DNA of 64,000 nucleotides, taken from NCBI GenBank assembly GCA_022822085.1, contig JAJECK010000015.1, forward strand, positions 25,782-89,781, in the 5' to 3' direction. How positions within the stretch are numbered: the stretch's first letter is position 1; each line of letters starts with the position of its first letter. The translations under genes were made by a program, and so were the position numbers. Source of the DNA: Candidatus Poribacteria bacterium (GTDB lineage: Bacteria; Poribacteria; WGA-4E; WGA-3G). The notes beneath the pieces are model-generated. The model made no database searches. It saw only the letters and a list, made by a program, of their open reading frames with translations, and had not been told where the DNA came from. This document shows positions 21,079 through 30,107 of this stretch, piece by piece.

Positions 21079-21822
21079 GTGAGTGAACCCGATGCATCAC
21101 GACCGGATGGTCATTCATACGATGTTGAGACAGAACTTTTACTTTGGTGGGAGGATTATTATTTACCTGTTTTTGAATATGTCCTCCCCAAAATGGGTGA
21201 TCTGCCAGGTAAACGTGTACTTGAGTTAGGCACTGGCACAGGTGGCACAGCAACACTTCTTGCCAAAAAAGGTGCCTCTGTTGTTGGAATTGATCTGTTG
21301 CCCTTTCGGTTAGATGAAGCGAAGGATAGGGTGAAACATCACAATGTCTCTGATTCGGTTGACTTTTCGCTCATGGATGCCACGCATCTTGCATTTCCAG
21401 ATAATACCTTTGATTTTGTAATCTCAAAATCCGTGTTAGTGTTTACTGAACACTCACTTACTGCAAAAGAGTGCTACCGTGTGTTAAAACCGGGTGGTAA
21501 GGCTATTTTCGTAGAGAATATGCAACATCACCCAGCAGTAAAACTGTACCGTAAGTTTTTCTTGAAATATTCTCAAGAATTGCATTACTTTTCACTATCC
21601 GATATTGAAGCGATTACCGTAGAATTTGATGGGATGGAACACAGAGAATTCCATCTTCTCTCTTTAGGTGCGCTATTTTGGCAAAAAGTTATCCCAATCT
21701 CTATCTTCTATCGGTGGACACTCCAAACTCTCAAATCTGTTGATAGATACTTACTACGTCTGTTTCCTTTCCTAAAACGAATCTGTTGGATCACAGCAAT
21801 GATCTGTAATAAAGAGGTCTAA
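21079..21822 (+). CDS. Class I SAM-dependent methyltransferase
   Basis: Motif I is VLELGTGTGGTATLLAKKGASVVGIDL. Motif II/III are spaced appropriately (VISKSVLVF... LKPGGKAIF). It uses a GTG start. Confidence 0.65.
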   Translation: MSEPDASRPDGHSYDVETELLLWWEDYYLPVFEYVLPKMGDLPGKRVLELGTGTGGTATLLAKKGASVVGIDLLPFRLDEAKDRVKHHNVSDSVDFSLMDATHLAFPDNTFDFVISKSVLVFTEHSLTAKECYRVLKPGGKAIFVENMQHHPAVKLYRKFFLKYSQELHYFSLSDIEAITVEFDGMEHREFHLLSLGALFWQKVIPISIFYRWTLQTLKSVDRYLLRLFPFLKRICWITAMICNKEV

Positions 21823-21885
21823 ACACTTGTGCCTTTTTGATTCCATATTAGAGACTAAGATCGTTTCAATAATTTAGAGGCGAGC

Positions 21886-23883
21886 ATGAAAACAACAATT
21901 CCCATAATCACATTTATTCTTGTATTAGTAGGACACGCTTCTCTTGTTTTTGCACAAGATAACACACAAGTTGGTCTACCTGATGGTGCTATTGCGCGAC
22001 TTGGTAAAGGCGGGATCAACATAATGCGATTCTCACCAGATGGCAGCAAACTGGCAGTGGGTACGGATGTCGGAGTGTGGCTTTACGATGTGTCAGATGG
22101 AAATGCAACTGCCCTGTTCACAGATAAACCTGGTCAGGTCAACGCACTTGCATTTTCAAGTGATGAAAAAATACTTGCAAGTGGTGGACACGGAAACCCA
22201 TTCATACAACTGTGGAGCTTGGAGAACGGTACTAAACATTCTACACTGTTTTTTAAAAGCGAATTTAGATATGTTGTTGCCTTGGGATTTATTGGTAATA
22301 CACTTATAAGTTATGATAATAGTGGGAGAATTATTTATTGGAATATAAGCAATGGTGATATTTTAACAGAATTGGAAAAGGTGAATCCAAACCAAGCAGT
22401 TACATTTTCACCTACTACTAATCTTATTGCTGTAGCAGATAATTTACACAAAATACATATATATGATACTTCCTTAAGTGATAAGCATATTGTGTTTCAT
22501 GATGATGGATTAGATGAATTAAAAAAGGATATTTTTGCCTTAGCAATTACATCAAATAACAAAAAACTTGTAAGTGGCAGTGAGGACAAAGCAATTAGAA
22601 TTTGGGATATTGAAAAAAGGAAACTAACAACTTCTCTTAATGTCCATAAATCCACAATCACTTCTGTTGCCATATCACCTGATGACAAAATCCTTGCAAG
22701 TGGAGATGCCAGCAAAGAAATCATCCTTTGGGATGTTGATAATCCTAAAGAACTTAGGACATTATTAGGACACAAAAACACCGTTACTGCATTAGCATTC
22801 TCACCTGATGGTGCTGGCAAATATAGTGGTTGTCTTGCAAGTGGTAGCCATGATGGTACGATCCGGTTTTGGAACCCTGACACAGGTGAGAAACTTGTTA
22901 CTTTTGCTACGGGACATGCCAAATGGATTAAAACTATCGCCTTTTCTGAGAACGGGTCAACACTTGTGAGTGCTAACATGACTGGGAATGCAGTTGTTTG
23001 GAGTTTGAATAGCTATCAAGAAATTGGTAGTTTTACAAATGGAGAAAGCGACTATGCGGCTACAGTTGGATTCACCTCTGATGCTAAGCATTTTGTCTGT
23101 CAGGGGTTAAACGGATGGCAGTTTACGTTTAAGCCTTACGGTTTTGGGTATACCTCAAAAGACGGTGAAAATTATGAAGCACTTCCCCTAAGAATGTGGG
23201 ACATAACCACTCGTGAAGAAGTACAAGGTCCTTGGAATGAAAATTCATGTGATATACTTACATTTTCTGCTGATAACAAAATACTTGCTATCTATGGATC
23301 AGATAATGTATTGGGATGGAACATTGATTCTGCAGAAGAATTGTTTGATCTATCAACTGAGGATATATGGTTCATTGAACACATGGTAATATCGTCTGAC
23401 AATAAATACCTTGCTGTGTATGAATCCTCTGAGAAACTGTATATATGGAATTTAGAAAAACCAGAGGATCCGCCTGTCCAAACTAAATCGGATATTGACT
23501 CGTTGGCATTCTCTCCAGATGGTAATAGTATAGCAATATTGAGGAGTGGGAATATTTTCCTTCATGATATAGAGTCGTTCCCAGATGGTGAACCTGAAGA
23601 AATTCTTACAGACCTACACGGTCATGTAGCAAGAATGATCTTTTCTCCCGATAGTAAAATCCTGATATGCGCTGGATTTTCTGGTGTTATATCAAAAATT
23701 AGTATAAAGTTGTTGGATATGGAAACAGGTCAAGAAATTGGAAACCTTTCAGGACACTCGGAACTGATAGAGACACTCGCATTTTCTCATGATGGGAAAA
23801 TACTTGCCAGTGGCAGTTTTGATGGGACAATATTGCTATGGGATTGGGAAAAAATATCTAAAAGACAAGAAATGGTCAAATAG
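21886..23883 (+). CDS. Secreted WD40-repeat beta-propeller protein (paralog 1)
   Basis: It has a signal peptide. Multiple WD40 units have LASGS.D..I..W motifs. The N-terminal QVGLPDGAIARLGKGGIN block is shared with paralogs at 24393 and 44359. Confidence 0.75.
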   Translation: MKTTIPIITFILVLVGHASLVFAQDNTQVGLPDGAIARLGKGGINIMRFSPDGSKLAVGTDVGVWLYDVSDGNATALFTDKPGQVNALAFSSDEKILASGGHGNPFIQLWSLENGTKHSTLFFKSEFRYVVALGFIGNTLISYDNSGRIIYWNISNGDILTELEKVNPNQAVTFSPTTNLIAVADNLHKIHIYDTSLSDKHIVFHDDGLDELKKDIFALAITSNNKKLVSGSEDKAIRIWDIEKRKLTTSLNVHKSTITSVAISPDDKILASGDASKEIILWDVDNPKELRTLLGHKNTVTALAFSPDGAGKYSGCLASGSHDGTIRFWNPDTGEKLVTFATGHAKWIKTIAFSENGSTLVSANMTGNAVVWSLNSYQEIGSFTNGESDYAATVGFTSDAKHFVCQGLNGWQFTFKPYGFGYTSKDGENYEALPLRMWDITTREEVQGPWNENSCDILTFSADNKILAIYGSDNVLGWNIDSAEELFDLSTEDIWFIEHMVISSDNKYLAVYESSEKLYIWNLEKPEDPPVQTKSDIDSLAFSPDGNSIAILRSGNIFLHDIESFPDGEPEEILTDLHGHVARMIFSPDSKILICAGFSGVISKISIKLLDMETGQEIGNLSGHSELIETLAFSHDGKILASGSFDGTILLWDWEKISKRQEMVK

Positions 23884-24039
23884 AAAGTCTCAATAGATAA
23901 TACATGGGTGTGTAAAGTTTTTGTCACTTATCTGTCTGAACCCGGATTATTGCCAAATCAAAGGTCCGCATCATGGCGTATGCTGCTTTAGGCATTCCCG
24001 GATTTTACCGATTGCTCGGCTTATATGCCTGGAGATGCC

Positions 24040-24215
24040 AAGTTGTTTTGCGTCTGGGCGATAGTCCGTCTTTGTCCCGTCCGCTTCCAGATTGCGATTT
24101 TTTGTACCGTAATCTTCCAGATTGTGCAGTAGTGTGTGCGCAAACTGGAAGTGGACGGGACAAATGTGTGCAAGTAATTATAGATTCCACTATAATGGAA
24201 GGTGACTGAGTTTCA
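24040..24215. repeat. Composite ~170-bp structured repeat element (copy A) with a long imperfect hairpin and a conserved 3' tail
   Basis: It contains gtcccgtccgcttccag...ctggaagtggacgggac, a ~17-bp stem with one mismatch. It also has cttccagattg x2 and the tail acaaatgtgtgcaagtaattatagattccactataa. Homologous copies are at 35925-36110 and 62640-62830. Confidence 0.65.
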
Positions 24216-24392
24216 TGTGAAGACTCATCTATTTATTGAAGGCCGACGTTAATAAAAATTTAAAGCGACTATTTCCTTACTTAGTAGGTTCCTGTTGGAT
24301 TTCAGCAAACATCTATTCCAAATAGATTGAACTCCTGCATCATACCATATAAAATATTAGTAACACATAACATTTCAAATAAAATATCAACC

Positions 24393-26402
24393 ATGAAAAC
24401 ATCGTATTCTTTTTTCACCTTTATTCCTGTGTTAGTAGCAATAGTATCATCTGTTTTGGCAAGAGACAACACACAAGTTGGTCTACCTGATGGTGCTATT
24501 GCACGTCTTGGTAAAGGCGGAATCAATATAATGCAATTCTCACCTGATGGCAGCAAACTGGCAGTGGGAACAGATGTTAGTGTATGGCTATACGATGTGC
24601 CTGATGGAAATGCAACTGCTTTGTTCTCAGATAGTCCAGCGCAGGTTAACGCTCTTGCTTTTTCGAATGATGGAAAAATACTTGCAAGCGGAGGATATGG
24701 AAATCCTACCATACAACTGTGGAATTTGGAGGATGATACACTCCATTCTGACTTTATTCTTACAAGTAAGTCCAATTATGTAAATGCCCTTGTTTTTCAA
24801 GGGCAAATGCTCATTAGCTATGATAGAGTGGGTAACGTATCACGTTGGAATACCGATACTGGAATTATTTCTTCAGAATTGGTGAAAATACCAGCATTTC
24901 CAGCAATATTCTCACAAACAGGTAAAATTCTAACGGCTACAGACAGTTTAGGAAGAATTCACATATATGATACAATTACAAAAGAGAAATATTCAATACT
25001 TGCAGATGTTGAACTAAAAAAAGAATTGCAGTGTTTGAGTATAGCACCTAACGGTAAAACAATTGCATGCGGAGGCAGGGATAATATAATTAGATTATTG
25101 GAAATCGATAATGACAATAAGGTCCAATCATTAATTGGCCAAACAGCAGGAATAATTTCCATTGCTTTCTCCACTGATGGCAAAATTCTTGCAAGTGGTG
25201 ATTCAAATAAAGAAATTACAATCTGGGATGCTGAGAATACCAAGAAACTTAGAAAAATAAGTGGACACACAGGCACTGTAAATGCATTAGCATTTTCACC
25301 TGATGGGGCAGGTAAATATAGCGGTTGTCTTGCCAGTGGTAGCCTTGATGGAACAATCCGATTTTGGAATCCTAACACAGGTGAGGAACTTGTCAGCTTT
25401 GCTACAGGACATACGAAATGGATTAAAACTATCGCCTTTTCTGAGAACGGGTCAACACTTGTGAGTGCTAACATGACTGGAAATGTAGATGTGTGGAGTT
25501 TAAATGGTTATCAAGAAATAGCTACATTCGCGGATGGTGAATGTGATTATGCAGCTTCAGTTGCATTTACCAATGATGCTAAGTATTTTGTCTGCCAAGG
25601 GCTTAACGGCTATACGGTTACATTTGACTCCTACGGTTTTGGATATAAAACAAGAAGAAGTGATAATCTTGAAATACTACCTGTGCAAATGTGGGACATA
25701 ACCACTGGTGAAGAACATTACGGTCCTTGGAATAAGACATCAGGTAATTTATTGGCATTTTCACACGACAATAAAAATCTTGCCATCTATGGTTCTAAAA
25801 TATTGTTGGTTTGGAACACAGAAACTAAAGATGAATTGTTCAATACTGACACTGAGAAAATGTTTCGCATTGATGAGATGGTTTTCTCATCTGACAATAA
25901 AATGATTGCTTTATATGAAACATCAAGGAATGCTAAAATTTGGGATTTAGATAAACCAGATGAGCCATATATTCAAACCAAACATACAACAGATGCATTA
26001 GGGTTCTCTCCATGTGGAAGGTTTTTCGCTACATTAAAAGTAGGTGGTTTTTCATATCCTAAACCGGGAAAAATATTTATTCATATTTTAGATAGGTTTC
26101 CTGATGGCGAACCAATAGAAATTAGTGCCAATATCCACGGTTTTGAAAATAGATTAATCTTTTCTCCTGATAGCAAAACAATTGTTTGGGCAGGGACGTT
26201 AAATATGAGATCAAATGTTCGCATAAAATTATGGGATGTGGAAACTGGTGAAGAAATAAGAACATTATCTGGGCACACTGAACCTATAGAATCGCTTGCA
26301 TTTTCTCATGATGGGAAAATACTTGCCAGTGGCAGTTTTGATGGGACAATATTGCTATGGGATTGGGAAAAAATATCTAAAAGACAAGAAATGGTAAAAT
26401 AG
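24393..26402 (+). CDS. Secreted WD40-repeat beta-propeller protein (paralog 2, tandem duplicate)
   Basis: Architecture matches 21886..23883. The last ~130 nt, including the stop and ~25 nt of 3' flank, are nearly identical to paralog 1. A 50-nt internal block is identical (25430-25490 vs 22930-22990). The ATG at 24393 with a signal peptide is preferred over the tracker start at 24327. Confidence 0.75.
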   Translation: MKTSYSFFTFIPVLVAIVSSVLARDNTQVGLPDGAIARLGKGGINIMQFSPDGSKLAVGTDVSVWLYDVPDGNATALFSDSPAQVNALAFSNDGKILASGGYGNPTIQLWNLEDDTLHSDFILTSKSNYVNALVFQGQMLISYDRVGNVSRWNTDTGIISSELVKIPAFPAIFSQTGKILTATDSLGRIHIYDTITKEKYSILADVELKKELQCLSIAPNGKTIACGGRDNIIRLLEIDNDNKVQSLIGQTAGIISIAFSTDGKILASGDSNKEITIWDAENTKKLRKISGHTGTVNALAFSPDGAGKYSGCLASGSLDGTIRFWNPNTGEELVSFATGHTKWIKTIAFSENGSTLVSANMTGNVDVWSLNGYQEIATFADGECDYAASVAFTNDAKYFVCQGLNGYTVTFDSYGFGYKTRRSDNLEILPVQMWDITTGEEHYGPWNKTSGNLLAFSHDNKNLAIYGSKILLVWNTETKDELFNTDTEKMFRIDEMVFSSDNKMIALYETSRNAKIWDLDKPDEPYIQTKHTTDALGFSPCGRFFATLKVGGFSYPKPGKIFIHILDRFPDGEPIEISANIHGFENRLIFSPDSKTIVWAGTLNMRSNVRIKLWDVETGEEIRTLSGHTEPIESLAFSHDGKILASGSFDGTILLWDWEKISKRQEMVK

Positions 26403-26408
26403 AAAGGC

Positions 26409-26651
26409 TCAATAGATAATACATGCCCCACCGACACAGACACTTCCTGCTTTCTGCGTAACATCCCCTGCTACACTGTTTTCTTCTCCTGTTTCAAATT
26501 CTGAAATTAGAGATTCAGTTCTCTCAGTAGGTTTAGTAAGATTTATCTGTAAAGAGCCGTTTGTAGTCAGAGTAAATGTGCAGCCAGAGAATAGTATAGA
26601 AAATAAAAATACACACAGTAGTGTGATAGTAGGTATGTATTTGGATTTCAC
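26409..26651 (-). CDS. Small hypothetical lipoprotein
   Basis: It has a lipoprotein signal (LCVFLFSILFSGC). It is the last gene of the minus-strand selenoprotein cluster. The short length makes the call tentative. Confidence 0.3.
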   Translation of the reverse strand: MKSKYIPTITLLCVFLFSILFSGCTFTLTTNGSLQINLTKPTERTESLISEFETGEENSVAGDVTQKAGSVCVGGACIIY

Positions 26652-26655
26652 TAAA

Positions 26656-27768
26656 TTATACCTCTATTTTTTGAAGGTTCACTTGGTCAAGCGAGTTATT
26701 TCCTAATTCAAGTCCACTTGCTGATGTAATATGGTTTGCATATTTAGACATAGAACTTAATCCCATCTCCTCGCGTTTCTGATTGACAGTTTGAAGGATT
26801 AATACATCAAGGATAACCGGATCAGCACTTACAAACATTCCGCCAAATTGCCATGCACTTTCTGCGTGGTATGTCGGTCCGTGGTCAAACGAAGCCAACA
26901 ACCCATCAACGATATTCAGAACGACCTTATCCTTTATCACCTTATTTTCATAAATCTCGGCGATAGCAGGATTGCAGTAGAGCGGTCTGCCGTGGAATCT
27001 CCTCGTATTATCCACACTACCAAAAGCCATGTTCTTCAAACATCCGCTAACACCAGACATATCGTGATGCTTCAAGACAGGGACATTAATAACAACATCC
27101 ACCATTTCAGTAATGATACGAGAATAAAGGGAGCGAGTGCTTTCGTTTTCACGTCTTGTGATACTGTCCTTTTCGGTTTCATAGAAAACTTTATCGTCAT
27201 AACCTATGTCTTGTAAATTGGAAGCTAATGTTCGGACATCTCCTTCCTCGGTTCTAATAGGGAATCCTGCACTCAATAGGTGGTCTTCAAACCGGTCCCA
27301 AATGATAATTTGCTTTCTGAGAACACCTGCACTAAATAAAGCATCTACAATTTTATTTACAATGACAGAATGCGTGCTTAACTTTGGGCCAGCAAGTGGA
27401 TTGACTTTTATGCCTACTATATGATCAGGCAAAACAAAGTCTCTCCATGCTTCTTTTGCTGTTTCACGACCGGTAAGTTTAACCATAGCCTGATCCAGCA
27501 TATACGCTACAGCCTCTTCATTAAGTCTATCATCTTCCCACACCTGTTTCCCAAGAACTTCTACGACAGGAGTTAAATTCTCTTTCTGTGTTGGAGGTGT
27601 GAGAACCCGTCCCCCGATTTGTGCAATAGCGGGAAGTGTGGATAGTGCAGCACCACTAACAACCCCAATCGTCGTGAGGAATTCACGACGATTGAACTTG
27701 TTTCGTTGGGACACTGTCTCTTCACAGTCTGACAAGATGTTCGCTATAACCTTATCGTGAGGCTTCAT
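26656..27768 (-). CDS. Tat-signal periplasmic protein, DUF362-like
   Basis: It has a twin-arginine signal (NRREFLTTIGVVSGAALSTLPAIAQ). It is 370 aa. Its ATG overlaps the TAA of the upstream selenoprotein gene by 1 nt (TAATG), implying translational coupling. The family assignment is from memory of overall features and is low confidence. Confidence 0.45.
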   Translation of the reverse strand: MKPHDKVIANILSDCEETVSQRNKFNRREFLTTIGVVSGAALSTLPAIAQIGGRVLTPPTQKENLTPVVEVLGKQVWEDDRLNEEAVAYMLDQAMVKLTGRETAKEAWRDFVLPDHIVGIKVNPLAGPKLSTHSVIVNKIVDALFSAGVLRKQIIIWDRFEDHLLSAGFPIRTEEGDVRTLASNLQDIGYDDKVFYETEKDSITRRENESTRSLYSRIITEMVDVVINVPVLKHHDMSGVSGCLKNMAFGSVDNTRRFHGRPLYCNPAIAEIYENKVIKDKVVLNIVDGLLASFDHGPTYHAESAWQFGGMFVSADPVILDVLILQTVNQKREEMGLSSMSKYANHITSASGLELGNNSLDQVNLQKIEV

Positions 27769-28370
27769 TAGAGTTTACCTAATTCTGATAGGATGGTTGC
27801 AGTAGGTACACGTGAAGCAAAAGAATCTAACGACTTCCATGCAACTGTCCCATCCTGAGCAATAATATACGCTGATGGTCTTGCTATTGTTTCGTCAGTT
27901 TGATCAAGGACATTATATGCGTTAATTACATCTTTGTTAGTGTCTGCAAGTACGGGATACGTGAGTCCTTCTTTCTCAGTAGTGTTCTTTGTAAGACTTA
28001 CATTTTCAGAACTTATTGCGAATAGTTCTGTCCCAGTGTCTTTTATGTTTTCGTAATTTTGTTGCAACTCAACGAGTTGCGAGGTGCAAAGTCCTCAGCC
28101 GCCTGTTCGGTAGAAAACGATTACTACATTTTTTCCATTATCAAGATGTTCGGATAGTGTGTGTAAATTCTCAAACCCATCAGACAGTTCAAAATCTGGA
28201 GCATGTGTGCCAATCACTAAACCCTCACCTAATTCAGTTTCGGATTCGGTTATAGGCGTTGTCACTGTTTCTGTATCTTTAGTTTCATTTATCGGATCAT
28301 CTGATGTCCCACAACCAAATACGCCTATAAGTAACAATGCTAATGTAAGGAAAGTTAATTTTTTATTCAT
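27768..28370 (-). CDS. Selenoprotein: TlpA/ResA-like thiol:disulfide oxidoreductase lipoprotein (thioredoxin fold, redoxin family) with a UxxC active site. The Sec codon is the TGA at 28095-28097.
   Basis: Two tracker ORFs (28095..28451 and 27768..28067) share a frame and are separated only by TGA. Read-through gives ...VVIVFYRTGG-U-GLCTSQLVELQQNYENIK... U aligns with the first Cys of the WCxPC/CxxC motif of TlpA/ResA/Prx-like proteins. Downstream similarity to ResA (..YPVLADTNKDVINAYNV) supports this. A lipoprotein signal (LLLIGVFGCG) starts at the ATG at 28370, with an RBS (aaaggaa). A hairpin sits 14 nt 3' of the UGA. Confidence 0.7.
28064..28080 (-). promoter_or_regulatory. Putative bacterial SECIS stem-loop for selenoprotein 1
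   Basis: The mRNA reads GCAACUC-GUU-GAGUUGC, a 7-bp perfect stem with a G/U loop. It starts 14 nt after the UGA and lies within the codons for SQLVELQ. Confidence 0.6.
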
Positions 28371-28439
28371 ATCATGTATTCCTTTCAAGGATTTTAGTAA
28401 TCCTTGCCTTAATATTTTAACGTGAGTTTGATAATAAAA

Positions 28440-28545
28440 TCCAATAACCACGTAGGTTGGGTTGAGGAACGAAACCCAACATGGAGTGATCTAAAGTGAG
28501 TAAAGATGTTGGGTTCCGTTCCTCAACCCAACGGACACAGACTTA
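28440..28545. repeat. Hairpin-forming REP/MITE-like repeat (same family as 8961-9048) between selenoprotein genes 1 and 2
   Basis: The inverted repeat is acgtaggttgggttgaggaacgaaacccaacat...atgttgggttccgttcctcaacccaacggac. Confidence 0.7.
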
Positions 28546-28575
28546 TGTTTAGAATTATCAAACTCACATTAGGAG

Positions 28576-29706
28576 TTACCAAAGCTTACTCAACTCCTTC
28601 ATAATTCGTGTTGTTGGTACTCGTTTGTCAAATGTATCTATTGATTTCCATACGACTGTGCCATCAGATTCAAGAAGAAATGTAGACGGATTGAGTGCAC
28701 CTGTATCTACTGGAACTTCTACATTGAAAGGTTTGACTGCATCAAGGTTTGTATCAGAAAGGACAGGAAATTCAAGATTTTCTCTATTGACTGTTATTCT
28801 TGTTGCTGGTACATCTTGTATACTAATAGCAAATATTTCAGCATTATCTGCTTTTATTCTATCATAATTATCTTGCAACTCACCGAGTTGCGTTACGCAT
28901 GCAGCTCAGGCACCACCTATGTAAAAGACGACGATAGCATTTTTCCCTTCATCAAGTGTATCGTAAAGTGAATGTAGTTTTCCATTCCCATCAGGCAACT
29001 CAAATTCTGGTGCTTTAGAAAATATTGGTAAACCTTCCCCTGGTTCCTCGGGTTCAACTTCTCTATCACCGATCCCAATTGGTGATAACTTTACATTTAA
29101 TTTCTCAGTCTCATTTGCATCTAAAGGCTTCACTGAGAGATCGTAGACTTCATAATCGGCAGCTTCTATTGTCAAGGTAAACTTCTGTTGAGTCGGAAGA
29201 TTATCAAAATTGAAGATACCCTCATCGGAGGTAATAGTCTCGTCCTGTTTTCCATCTTGATCAGTAAGTTGTACGCGTATCTCAGGTAGTCGTATTCCAG
29301 TTCTGTTGTTCCGAACAAGTCCTATAATATGTGAAACAGGATATGACAATTCTTCAAGTGTGATAGTATCCAACGTAACTGTTTCACCAGCAATAACATT
29401 CACGTTGAATTCCATCTCCTGAAATCCTCGTGCTGAAATACGTAACGTGTAATTTCCTGCTTCAATTTTTCTGAGTGTGAAACCTCCAGTACTTTCCATC
29501 TGCGCGACAACTTTACCGTCTTTTAATAAACGGACCTTGATTGTCCCATCAACGTTTGGTTGTACTTTACCGTGTATAACACCAGTTGTGGTCTCTATTT
29601 CCGGTATTTCACTGACAGGATTTTCTACTGTCTCACATCCAAAGGCAGTTAGGAGTAGTAAGGGAATTGTGAGGAATGTAAATAATCGTCTCATTTTTTT
29701 CTCCAA
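28576..29706 (-). CDS. Selenoprotein: CarboxypepD_reg-like domain + TlpA/ResA-like thioredoxin-fold lipoprotein with a UxxC site. The Sec codon is the TGA at 28906-28908.
   Basis: Tracker ORFs 28906..29706 and 28576..28878 are in frame across a single TGA. The read-through is ...NAIVVFYIGGA-U-AACVTQLGELQDNYDRIK... It has a lipoprotein signal (LLLLTAFGC). The N-terminal ~150 aa resemble a carboxypeptidase-regulatory-like beta-sandwich (GVIHGKV...G.YTLRISARGF). A hairpin sits 14 nt after the UGA. Confidence 0.7.
28875..28891 (-). promoter_or_regulatory. Putative bacterial SECIS stem-loop for selenoprotein 2
   Basis: The mRNA reads GCAACUC-GGU-GAGUUGC, starting 14 nt after the UGA and lying within the TQLGELQ codons. 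Confidence 0.6.
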
Positions 29707-30107
29707 TTGTATATTAATTATTAATATAGTAACGTCTTATGCTAAATAATTATTTGTAAAACATTGTTATACATAAAGAGGAGGATTTGACCGTATATCT
29801 TTGCTTTGGATGATCTTTAGTCCCATCCGGACGATATGTTTATATGTTAAATCCATTTTATGCGAATACAATACAAACAAATAGTTAACTGACACAAGTC
29901 GTTATAGTAAATTTATTTTATCGAGTTACATTTGACATAGTTCAATTTAAGTGATTTATAGCAGTTTTTAGAATTGATTGGACATTAGGGAATTGTCGGA
30001 GGGAACTCCGATTCCCAACTATCATTGAGTTAAGTCTCGATTCGGAGACCGCTCCTACAGAATATGAAAAGTCATGAAAATAAAACACAACATCAATACA
30101 TCTCACA

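Noticed and set aside
22497-26278. Long antisense ORFs inside the WD40 genes (22497..22979, 24959..25474, 24302..24775, 22040..22309, 24547..24783). The same holds for 45269..45691 and 45716..46291 inside the third WD40 paralog at 44359-46431.
   Set aside because: They are opposite-strand or out-of-frame shadows of the repetitive WD40 coding sequence. The WD40 frames have signal peptides, motifs and proper stops.
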